Shown piece by piece: positions 10,824 to 19,392 of a DNA stretch of 64,000 nt. The notes beneath the pieces are model-generated. The model was not told the origin of the DNA. It searched no databases and worked only from the letters and a program-made list of their open reading frames with translations. The DNA comes from Nitrospirota bacterium. Its GTDB lineage: Bacteria; Nitrospirota; UBA9217. Every line of letters starts with the position of its first letter. Within the stretch, counting starts at the first letter, position 1. The position numbers and the translations under genes were made by a program. The DNA is taken from the NCBI GenBank assembly GCA_963749655.1, contig CAVVOB010000033.1, positions 1 to 64,000 on the forward strand, in the 5' to 3' direction.

Positions 10824-11827
10824 ATGTTTAGTCCGATGTCGATTTTAAGAAGAATAAGCGAGTGGTTCAACACCGGCATTTCAAGCAGAGCCAGGATCAT
10901 CATCATCGCAGTCTTGATCGTGTTTTCACTCGGGTCCCTCTTTACCGCCTACATGATCAACGATTATTTCGAGAACAATCCCAATGCATGCGGCACCTGT
11001 CATGTGCATGATGACGCAAACGTGGCATGGTCGACGAGCGTCCATCATGGAATAAACTGCCATGAGTGCCACCATTCCACCAAGCTCGACCAGATGAAAC
11101 AGGTCTTCGATTTTGCCGTGCTCGGCCACAACAAGGTCTCGCCCCGGCACGGGGAAGTGATCGTGCCCTGGAAGACATGCTTTGGCTGCCATTGGGAAAA
11201 GAACGAGAAAGAGCCGAACGCGCCGAGCATCGCCGATTCGCGATACCACGCAAAGCATGTGTTCATGGAAAAGATCGAATGCACGAAATGCCACGGCTAC
11301 CGGACCCATCAGTTCAGCCTCGAGGAACGGTATTGCCTGACCTGCCACAAGGACCGGGAAGTGCACGGGACCGGGATGGAGAAGCTTGCGTGCCTCAACT
11401 GCCATACGGACAGGACCAAGGACCTCAAGCCGGGGGTCAAGAAGTGCCTCTACTGCCACGGCGCTGAAAAATACCGCAAGGAACTGCTGGCTGACGCGAC
11501 GATCGATGTCACCCATTTCCAGCCCGACGAAAAGACGATCAAGCAAGGCGATCAAGATCGACCGGCCGGAGAACGGGCCCATGCAGTTCAACTGCTATGA
11601 ATGCCACAAGCCGCACAAATCCTCACGGCCTGACTGGGGCAACTGCCTCTCGTGCCATAAGAACATCATGTCCGTCGGCAAGCACAAGACCCATATCCAG
11701 GACTGGCGGCATGAAATGCAAGGATTGCCACAAGCCCCATGTCTGGACAATATCGAATGAGCAGGCCAAGAAGACCTGCGTGGCCTGCCATGAATACAGG
11801 ACGCCGAAGGCATTTCTGGGCCGGTAG
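10824..11827 (+). CDS. Membrane-anchored multiheme cytochrome c, 11 CxxCH motifs (frameshifts ~11545, ~11705)
   Basis: N-terminal TM; CGTCH CHECH CFGCH CTKCH CLTCH CLNCH CLYCH + CYECH CLSCH + CKDCH CVACH. Confidence 0.85.
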
Positions 11828-11884
11828 GCTGACGGTCGCGAGACCGCGCGAAGCCGAAGAGGAAGCCACACGTAGAAAATACAG

Positions 11885-11917
11885 AAGGCCCGGGAGATTC
11901 CCGGGCCTTTGTTTTTT
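11885..11917 (+). terminator. Intrinsic terminator after cytochrome gene
   Basis: AAGGCCCGGGA-gat-TCCCGGGCCTT followed by TGTTTTTT. Confidence 0.8.
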
Positions 11918-12135
11918 CGTTGAGAAGTGCCGCAACGGAGTGTTCTCGTCAGCAGAATCAGAGAATGCAGAGCAAAGGCCTGTCGGCCATGAAGACCTTA
12001 TTCTATTCGGCAGGTTCGCTAGCAGCCGCGCCCGCGCTCGGACCGAACTGTTTTTCGATGACAGGATACACTGCGTCAGCCGACTGAATTCCGGAGAGTG
12101 AGACAGGACGGAATACGAACAGGATGGCGACTGAC

Positions 12136-12423
12136 CTAAACCGAAGCTTCGCGCGGCAGCTCCACCGCTTCTTTGGCGCTTCTTTTCCTGACCGTCTTCG
12201 GTTTGATCTTGCCGGCGTTGACCACAAGGTCTGCGATGGTCGTTTCCCGTTTGGCAACGATGCCTGCCTGCTCGGTCGTCGACCTTTCCTTCAGCTGCTG
12301 GACCAGGCCGCGCGCCTTTTCCAGCTGCTCCATGGATTCAGTCAGTGCCTTGTTCTGGATCGACATCTTCGCGTCATCGATCAATGAATCGATTGCAATC
12401 CTTATCCGCAGGAACTCTTTCAT
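12136..12423 (-). CDS. Hypothetical helical protein
   Basis: AAGGAG RBS, MKEFLRIRIAID.. Confidence 0.6.
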   Translation of the reverse strand: MKEFLRIRIAIDSLIDDAKMSIQNKALTESMEQLEKARGLVQQLKERSTTEQAGIVAKRETTIADLVVNAGKIKPKTVRKRSAKEAVELPREASV

Positions 12424-12726
12424 AGGTCTCCTTCTTGAACTGTAGTTCTCCATTGTAAGACTTATTGGCGGTAAAAGCTCTAGAATTATTGTCATGATGT
12501 CATCCCTGTGAAAACGACTTTCTCTCGGCCGCGGGAGGTGAGGTGCAGAGGGGCGGAATACGAGGCTGCCTGGCAGAGAACAGAACTGAATGCAGCAAAA
12601 GAGACCTGACCCTAAAGGTCCTGGAACAAGCTGAAAGTTGGCCGCTAACGCTGACAGCTTTTTTTGTTAAAGACCTTATCCTATGATGTTCTCTTGCACT
12701 TCCTGTAAAATACATCTAGAATAGTC

Positions 12727-13221
12727 ATGGAAATACACCCGGAGGCAATGAATGAAAGCAAAAGCTGTTTCCCCATCAAAGAAAAAGACCGGCTCTACTG
12801 CAAAGAGGAAGCCGGTATCCGCATCAAAGAAAAAACGGACATCTCTATAAAGAAGAAAGTTTCTGCTTCTGCAAAGGACAAGAAGCCCGCAGCCCCATCC
12901 AGAGGAAAGCCCGTTTCCATGGCAACGAAGAAGCTTGAATTGCAGCATCAGGTAGCGGAGTTTGCAGGGTCAGCCTTTAAAGGCAAACGGACGGCATATT
13001 TTATTCTTGATACAGAGCGCACCAAAGAGGGCGCCTATAGAATGTGTTTTGCCATCGAGGGTGAAGCCGGGTTTTATAAACTGGATTGGAGCTGGCATTG
13101 CAGCTTCACCAAGGCAAAGGCGGAAACCGCCCTGATGAACAAGAAACTCGGCTTGAACGAAGAGGAAGTCAATAAGATCATAATTTCGACAATGGGACCG
13201 CCGGTTCGCCGGAAGAAGTAA
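12727..13221 (+). CDS. Hypothetical protein, Lys-rich N-terminus
   Basis: 164-aa ORF. Confidence 0.55.
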   Translation: MEIHPEAMNESKSCFPIKEKDRLYCKEEAGIRIKEKTDISIKKKVSASAKDKKPAAPSRGKPVSMATKKLELQHQVAEFAGSAFKGKRTAYFILDTERTKEGAYRMCFAIEGEAGFYKLDWSWHCSFTKAKAETALMNKKLGLNEEEVNKIIISTMGPPVRRKK

Positions 13222-13237
13222 CGGAGATACTGCCAGA

Positions 13238-13597
13238 ATGACACCCATGGAAGAACGAGACAAGGCTTTAGCAGCGCTTGACCCGTCGTGGCCTGAAATT
13301 TCGCTGGTGTTCAGGGAATGTTATTTATCGGCAGGAAAAGGTGCGCTTCTTGTTTATACGGATCCGGTCATACAGGGCAGCCTTCCCGCTGAGGATGATT
13401 ACCTGACCAAGAACGACGTTCTCGAAATAATCGACGGCAAAGATTCCAAAGCCGGGCTGGCTGCGCTTTTGAGCAGCTACGACCCCCATACGGAAGGAAT
13501 CCTGGTTTTAATTACGAGCGCTACGAATGCACCGTTCTTTGTCACTGTCAAGTTGAGGTCGCGGCACCATGTAAACGAGGAGATCGCGGGCAAGTGA
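13238..13597 (+). CDS. Hypothetical protein
   Basis: 119-aa ORF closely following previous gene. Confidence 0.55.
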   Translation: MTPMEERDKALAALDPSWPEISLVFRECYLSAGKGALLVYTDPVIQGSLPAEDDYLTKNDVLEIIDGKDSKAGLAALLSSYDPHTEGILVLITSATNAPFFVTVKLRSRHHVNEEIAGK

Positions 13598-13662
13598 TGC
13601 CTGAATTGCTGAAGGGGACTTGACCCTAAGACACGAAAAAGTGCAAGAAGAGGGGGAACGCC

Positions 13663-13860
13663 GTGAAAAACAGTGTCGTAAACATCGTCATTCTCGTGGT
13701 CGGAATCGTTCTGCTGGTCCTCGGGTTCAATGAATACGGCGCATTCGGATCCCGCGCGGGCAGGATGCTGGGCATGGGCATTTCGAACGAGGTCCTTGTC
13801 TTTTTTATTGCAGGAGCCGCATGCACCGCCTACGGGCTCATGAAGACGCTGAAAAAATAG
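13663..13860 (+). CDS. DUF3185-like small membrane protein
   Basis: LVVGIVLLVLGFNEYGAFGS..FFIAGA pattern. Confidence 0.65.
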   Translation: MKNSVVNIVILVVGIVLLVLGFNEYGAFGSRAGRMLGMGISNEVLVFFIAGAACTAYGLMKTLKK

Positions 13861-13923
13861 CAGGAAGCGGCTGCGCAAGGCGGTGCGGGCAGGATTCCGG
13901 CAAGAGAAGGCTCCCCTCTGTTC

Positions 13924-14229
13924 TCATTCTATGTGCGCCTTTGCCGTTTGGAGAGCAACGTCTTTATCCCGGGTAAACAGCCTCCACTTCATGCTTGATG
14001 AATGAATGCCTGCTTTCTTGTCCTGCCCTCTGCCGTAATACCAGTGACCAAAACGTTCGACCGTAGAAAAGGGATGATTGCCTGTACAGAGAAACCCGCA
14101 AGGCTTTATCTCTTTGAAATAAAGAGTTTCCTCCGGGGCCTCATCAAAAGACATATCTGCAGGCAATTCGATTTGAGATACATCCGCCTTCTCTTCTTCC
14201 TTTTCATCCAGCCAGTCTGAAATTTTCAT
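13924..14229 (-). CDS. Hypothetical protein
   Basis: AAGGAG RBS; MKISDWLDEK.. Confidence 0.55.
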   Translation of the reverse strand: MKISDWLDEKEEEKADVSQIELPADMSFDEAPEETLYFKEIKPCGFLCTGNHPFSTVERFGHWYYGRGQDKKAGIHSSSMKWRLFTRDKDVALQTAKAHIE

Positions 14230-14675
14230 TTGATTATGATCTCCTTCAGAGATCCAACAACGTTCGAGGCTGCTCAACAAGGTGCCACTGAAGCCTCCGG
14301 GGCAGCTTTTGATCGGCAGCTCGAGGATTCTCTCGATCCTGCCGCAGGCGCTGACAAAAAGGCGCTTCCCAGGCATTCGCATAGTTTACCCCCGGGATGA
14401 TCAAAGTATACCATGGTCGGGAGGTCCTTCCTCGAGCACTCAGCTGTCAGCTTGAGGCTTGAGCAAACTACATTTAACTGCTGCAGCCGGGTTAAGGACA
14501 AACGTGCAACTTCTCTTCTCCGAGATAAGCGGAAGATTACAAGGTTAGCAGGAAGCCCGGCCGCAGATTTATTGTTACGGCTCAGCCCTAGTGGAAGGCG
14601 GTAGAACAGGACATCAGATATTGAGCAAAGTCGTCCGTTAACGACCCGACCCTACGATGTTCCCTGTATTGAAAC

Positions 14676-15968
14676 TTATTCCTCACGAGGACCCCATTCG
14701 GGGTCCCAGTTCTTCTTCACCAGTTCGATAAACTCGTCAAGGTACGCGGCCGATGCAAGCGTTTTTCCTTCTCGCAGGCTCTTCCAGTCCATTTCCGGAA
14801 CATAGTAACCCTGCTTTTCATGTTCTTCGGCGGCCTTTTTCCGCGCCCCGGCGTCCGGCTCGAGTCTATAGAGAACGTATCCGCCTTCGCGTTTGTCGAT
14901 CATTGCTTGGGGACTATATCGGCCGAGGCTCAGCGGCAGCTTTGCTCCGGTCTTAAGCTTGTGTACCGTCTGCCCAAGCGAGGGGCCGATAAAGGGAGCA
15001 GGCGGCCTCGGATTCGAGCTGTCAACCGTTTTCATCGTTTCCCTCCGCGGCGTGCGCAGTCTCAGCAGAATTGCTTTGATAAAATCCTCGCGTTTGCCCA
15101 CATCGGCAAGATGTTCTTTCCTGAGCTCCTCGTTCGTGATCCTTTCTCCCATCTGGTCCGCTTTCCATTCCGGAAGTCTCTGCTCGATGATGTCGATCGC
15201 GCGCTTTGCATCAAGCCCTGCTTCAAGCAGAAGGTCGAGGATCTTCATCCGTTCCTGCCTTCCCTTCGCATAAGCGGGCCGCCATCCAAAGGCGAGGCTG
15301 CAGACGGGGTTCAGGTCACAGATCGGGGAGGATGTGTCGGGATCGGCTCCCGCATTCAGCAAGAGAGATGCGGCTGCGGCATTTCCTTCGCTGCAGACAA
15401 CGGAAAGCGGGGTCCCCGGGAACTCGCCGGGAAGCTCCTTATTGAGAGGAAAAGTTTTCTCATCGACCAGGTACTTGAAAACATCCAGGCCGTCGGTCCG
15501 CGTGACCGCGGCGGAGAGTCCCTGCCTCCCGACGCTTCCTCCGAGCTTGAGGGCCCACCGTACTTTTGTGATCGTTTGACCGCTGTCCCCGTTCCCGAAC
15601 ACAAGAATGTAGTCGACATTCCGCGCCAGCACATAACTCCAGTCCCAGACCGGGCTCTGCGATCTGTCCGCTTTATCGAGCAGCGCCGGTACTGCGACGG
15701 CGAGCAGCGCCGCACAGACGACGCCGGCGTATCCGAAAAAGAAAAACTTTGCTGAATCAACGTGGCCGAGGCGCCAGAGGAGCAGGCTGCCGATGAGCAT
15801 CTGCGAATAGGCAAAGACCATGACCCAGAGCAGAACCCATAACAGGAGAGCTTTGCCCATCCCGCTGGCAGGGCCCGAGCTTGTGGGACTGCGGAACACG
15901 ACACCGCAGGCCAGAAGCAGAAGAAGAACGAAAAGAGAACTTCCGATAAGGTAGATTTTCGCGGCCAT
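14676..15968 (-). CDS. Membrane-anchored ankyrin-repeat protein (possibly two genes joined)
   Basis: N-terminal TMs; GTPLSVVCSEGNAAAASLLLNAGADPD ankyrin motif; internal RBS+ATG at 15035. Confidence 0.65.
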   Translation of the reverse strand: MAAKIYLIGSSLFVLLLLLACGVVFRSPTSSGPASGMGKALLLWVLLWVMVFAYSQMLIGSLLLWRLGHVDSAKFFFFGYAGVVCAALLAVAVPALLDKADRSQSPVWDWSYVLARNVDYILVFGNGDSGQTITKVRWALKLGGSVGRQGLSAAVTRTDGLDVFKYLVDEKTFPLNKELPGEFPGTPLSVVCSEGNAAAASLLLNAGADPDTSSPICDLNPVCSLAFGWRPAYAKGRQERMKILDLLLEAGLDAKRAIDIIEQRLPEWKADQMGERITNEELRKEHLADVGKREDFIKAILLRLRTPRRETMKTVDSSNPRPPAPFIGPSLGQTVHKLKTGAKLPLSLGRYSPQAMIDKREGGYVLYRLEPDAGARKKAAEEHEKQGYYVPEMDWKSLREGKTLASAAYLDEFIELVKKNWDPEWGPREE

Positions 15969-15982
15969 GTTGGTTGTGCTCC

Positions 15983-16143
15983 TTACAAACCCCAAATGGG
16001 GCCATCAATGTTCTCTTTCCGGCGGAAGTACCCCGTGACAGCCGCAGGGTCTTTCTGCAAGCATGCCACTGTCTCCTTATAGCCGTATTCTTTTGCCAGA
16101 ATACTGAATAGCCGTCGAGCCGTCAAGATATTTATAGCTCTTC
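15983..16143 (-). pseudogene. Probable C-terminal HTH relic of RAYT-type transposase
   Basis: ARRLFSILAKEYGY..VA..LQKDPAAVT.Y resembles the HTH tail of long RAYTs. Confidence 0.5.
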
Positions 16144-16184
16144 CCGTTGGTTCCCTGAGAGGTTCAGGGAAGTCCGCTTCCGGC

Positions 16185-16420
16185 GAGGCTGCCGGAGGAG
16201 ACAACCAGGCGCCGAACCCTGTAGAACTTCTCCTCGCCGTCATGGCATCATGCCTCGAGGCCGCCTTTTACGAGTTTATCGTGCATGAACGCTTTACGAT
16301 CACTGCGCTGGCGGTCAATGACGAATGACGAAACGAAGATATGGGAACTCGCGGAGAAGATCGTTACCCATTGCTCCATTGTGGACAGCCTGAGAAAACC
16401 GACCCCGATGTCGGGCGGAT
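16185..16420 (+). pseudogene. OsmC-family relic with internal deletion
   Basis: GGDNQAPNPVELLLAVMASCL...then HCSIVDSLRKP in another frame. Confidence 0.65.
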
Positions 16421-16563
16421 AACGGTCGGCAAAAGACGAGAGCTGTAGTGCCCTACAATTTCATAAGGACGAGTGGCAGGTGGAGAATGATAGTTCTGTG
16501 GGCGAGTTAAGGCAAACAGGACCTGTATAACCATATAACGGGCGCATTAAGAGGTTACTCTTT

Positions 16564-17487
16564 TTATAATTTCCGTGGGACCCCGGTTTTCGTCCGCTCC
16601 TGAAGAAAGCGCTGAACTTCCGAGAGCGTCGGGATTCCCGTGCGTGCCCCGACTTTCCTGCACTTCATTGCCGCAACAGCCGACGCAAACCGGACCGTGT
16701 CTTCGAGAGGCAGCTTCCGGATAAGACCATAGAGATAGCCGGCGTGAAATGCATCACCGCAGCCGGTCGTGTCGACAACGTCGACGGGAAAGGCAGGGCA
16801 GGAAATGACCACATCGCCTGCAAAGGTGACGCTTCCGCGGGATCCGAGGGTAACCGTCGTGGTCCTGAAGCCCTGCTTCCTGACCTCCTGCCGGAACGAT
16901 CCTGGATCGTCCTTCCACCCCAGCATCTCTCCGGCGAACTCTTCCGAAGCGACCACATAATCGCAAAGCCGGGCAAGCTCGAGCATCCACTCTCTGGTCT
17001 TGCCTGCGTCAAGCATCACGGGCACGCCCGACTTCCGGGCCTCTCCGGCAGCGAAAAGCGAAATATCCTTCATCACGCCGTCCAGGAGCAGAAAATCCGC
17101 GCCTTGCAGGAAATCGGGCGGGAGTTCTTCCACCCGAAGCGGATCGCCCGAAGGCCGTTTCCAGAATATCGTACGCGTTCCCCGGGATTTGTCGATGACA
17201 ATGAACGCCTTCTGGGACAGGGAATCCACTCTCGTGACCACGCCGGTGATATCGACGCCTTCGTTGATCAGCGACTGCCGGATTGCCGCTCCCTCCCGTT
17301 CATCTCCGGTAACACTGTAGAACCTGCAGGGAACGCCGAGACGCGACAACGCAGCCATCTCGTTTCCGAGCGTCCCCCCTCCCTGCTCTTCCCAGGTCAG
17401 CACTTCCTTTTTTGTGTCGATCTGCGGATAGTGATCGACCATTGCGAGCGTGTCCCACGCACACTGCCCGACTCCGACAACTGCCAT
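16564..17487 (-). CDS. PfkB/ribokinase-family sugar kinase, paralog 1
   Basis: VVDTTGCGDAFHAG, AAMKCRKVGAR; closely similar to 57039-57950. Confidence 0.88.
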   Translation of the reverse strand: MAVVGVGQCAWDTLAMVDHYPQIDTKKEVLTWEEQGGGTLGNEMAALSRLGVPCRFYSVTGDEREGAAIRQSLINEGVDITGVVTRVDSLSQKAFIVIDKSRGTRTIFWKRPSGDPLRVEELPPDFLQGADFLLLDGVMKDISLFAAGEARKSGVPVMLDAGKTREWMLELARLCDYVVASEEFAGEMLGWKDDPGSFRQEVRKQGFRTTTVTLGSRGSVTFAGDVVISCPAFPVDVVDTTGCGDAFHAGYLYGLIRKLPLEDTVRFASAVAAMKCRKVGARTGIPTLSEVQRFLQERTKTGVPRKL

Positions 17488-17505
17488 AGATCCCCTCAGT
17501 GCCCA

Positions 17506-17574
17506 AGGGTCAGACGGCCGCACTTCTTCTGATCACAGATTTTTTACTGATTGCAGCAAACGAGACCTGACGCT
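17506..17574. repeat. REP-like inverted repeat AGGGTCAGAC...GAGACCTGACGCT
   Basis: Arms complementary; right arm nearly identical to 12591-12613. Confidence 0.65.
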
Positions 17575-17595
17575 ATAAGGTTCCCCGCGGGAAAC

Positions 17596-18288
17596 TCAGA
17601 ACTTCAGCCCGACTGCCTTTGTCAGGAACGACATAAACGGCGCGGCTGCCCGATACACATCTGCCACGCGATTCATGAACCCGGGTTTGCACGCGTCAGC
17701 CTCGCTGAACGAGGCCATCACGACAAAGTCCTTTCGCTTCAGGTCCTCAATGAAGGGATGCGCTGGGTCAAAGCCTTTTGGAGGGCGCGTGAGTTTCTCG
17801 CCCCAGAGCTCGCACGCTGCCTTGAATGCCCTGCCTGAGACGGCGCGTTTCCACAGCTCCGGATGCCGGGCGATCGCGTCGCGGATCTTCGCGAGCGTAT
17901 CCGCATCAGGATGCCAAACACCTGCTCCCACGGCCACGTCACCGGGCTCGAGATGAAAGTAAAAGCCCGGCCCATGCACCTCACTGTAGATTTCGTGGCG
18001 AAAATGGCTCGCTGCCGCGGTTTTGTACGGGCTCTTGTCCCGGGAAAAACGGGTGTCTCGATAAATGCGGAACAGTGAACCGTTGACAGGACGAGGGTCG
18101 GCCACAAAGTGCTTGCTGATCGAGCGCAAGGGGACGGCGAAGTCTGCGATAAAGCGGAGCATGGGATCGCGCACCTCTGACTCATATCGTGCTTTGTGCG
18201 CCTGGAACCATTCGCGGTTGTTGTTCTTTTTCAGCTGGCGCAGGAAGGTGAACAGCGCAGGGCTGAAATAGGCAGGGCTTTTCGTCAC
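17596..18288 (-). CDS. DUF2461 family protein
   Basis: FLRQLKKNNNREWF..SLFRIYRDTRFSRDKSPYKT..PKGF..HP..DLKRKDF. Confidence 0.9.
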   Translation of the reverse strand: MTKSPAYFSPALFTFLRQLKKNNNREWFQAHKARYESEVRDPMLRFIADFAVPLRSISKHFVADPRPVNGSLFRIYRDTRFSRDKSPYKTAAASHFRHEIYSEVHGPGFYFHLEPGDVAVGAGVWHPDADTLAKIRDAIARHPELWKRAVSGRAFKAACELWGEKLTRPPKGFDPAHPFIEDLKRKDFVVMASFSEADACKPGFMNRVADVYRAAAPFMSFLTKAVGLKF

Positions 18289-18364
18289 GATCTCCTCCTC
18301 ATCAAGACATCATTGTGTAAAGTAAGTTGAGGCAGAAACGCGCCTGACGAACCACTTCGCCTCC

Positions 18365-18563
18365 TTAGGTTTTCCTTTCGTCGCCTTTCTTGCATGCCCA
18401 AGAAAAGGTGACCCAAAGAAGGCACGGGGACCCCGCGACCATTCTTTGGCCGTCACGCTCGGTCGGACTCGGTACATTTCGGAAACTCGCCCTGCGGGCT
18501 CAGACGGCTTGAAATGTTTAACCCTCGTCCTCGGTCGCCTGCCGGGAATGGCCGCATGGGGGA
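18365..18563. repeat. Structured intergenic MITE-like element
   Basis: CTTTCTTGCATGCCCAAGAAAAG..AACTCGCCCTGCGGGCTCAGAC nested hairpins; single copy here. Confidence 0.45.
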
Positions 18564-18566
18564 CTT

Positions 18567-19214
18567 CTAGGCGACTTTTCGAATAATAACGTGCGTCGCC
18601 CGTTCACCGGGTGTGGTCCCGGCGCATGCATACCCCAGTGCCCGCATATTGATCCCGTTCAGCAGATGCTCGCCGGCGCCGAGCAGGACCGGCCGGACCA
18701 CGAGATGGAGCTCGTCGATCAACCGGGCGTTCAGATACTGCCGTATCGTGGCCACGCCGCCGCCCAGGCGGATATCCTGTCCGCCGGCAGCGGCTCGTGC
18801 CTGCTCCAGGGCGGCATGGATGCCTTCGGTCACGAACCGGAATTCAGTGCCGCCCTTCATCACGATCGGCCGACGCGCATGATGTGTCAGCACGAACACC
18901 GGCACGTGGTAGGGCGGCTCCTCCCCCCACCACCCCTTCCAGCTGTCATCCGGCCACGGACCCCGCACAGGACCGAACATGTTCCGTCCCAGGATCCACG
19001 CACCGATATTCACAAAGCTCTGCTCCGCCAATCGGTTGTCCACGCCCGTCTCGCCGCCTTCCTTCCCGTGCATGCGCTGCCACATCCGCGTCCGGAAGAA
19101 CCACTCGAACAACTCCGGCCCGTGCGTGCCTAAAGGGTTCTGAAGGCCCTGGTCGGTCCCGGCGCCATACCCGTCAAGGGATAAAGAAAAGCTGCTTACC
19201 TTGAGCTTTGACAT
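18567..19214 (-). CDS. Dihydrofolate reductase-like (RibD C-terminal) protein
   Basis: SLSLDGY, ILGRNMF, VFVLTH, IRLGGG, IDELHL..PVLLGAG. Confidence 0.9.
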   Translation of the reverse strand: MSKLKVSSFSLSLDGYGAGTDQGLQNPLGTHGPELFEWFFRTRMWQRMHGKEGGETGVDNRLAEQSFVNIGAWILGRNMFGPVRGPWPDDSWKGWWGEEPPYHVPVFVLTHHARRPIVMKGGTEFRFVTEGIHAALEQARAAAGGQDIRLGGGVATIRQYLNARLIDELHLVVRPVLLGAGEHLLNGINMRALGYACAGTTPGERATHVIIRKVA

Positions 19215-19294
19215 GACGTACCCCCTTGACAGACTTTTGTATCAAGTATAGCGCGAACATATGAATGATCAGCCCGGCTGTGCAGGTTGTTGAA

Positions 19295-19390
19295 GAGCTG
19301 GGGAGAGACGCTGCTCAGCTGTTGTCGAGCGTCTGATACGCAGGAGGTTGTGGTTGTTCATCAGGCAATGCGTAACGCACATGCGGATTG
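19295..19390 (-). pseudogene. Relic of RAYT HUH-motif region directly next to the intron insertion site
   Basis: HCLMNNHNLLRI resembles RAYT (Y/F)CLMxNHxHLL. Confidence 0.5.
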
Positions 19391-19392
19391 AG

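Noticed and set aside
14230-14620. Possible attC or IS-end remnants
   Set aside because: Only short partial matches; no pairing arms could be established.
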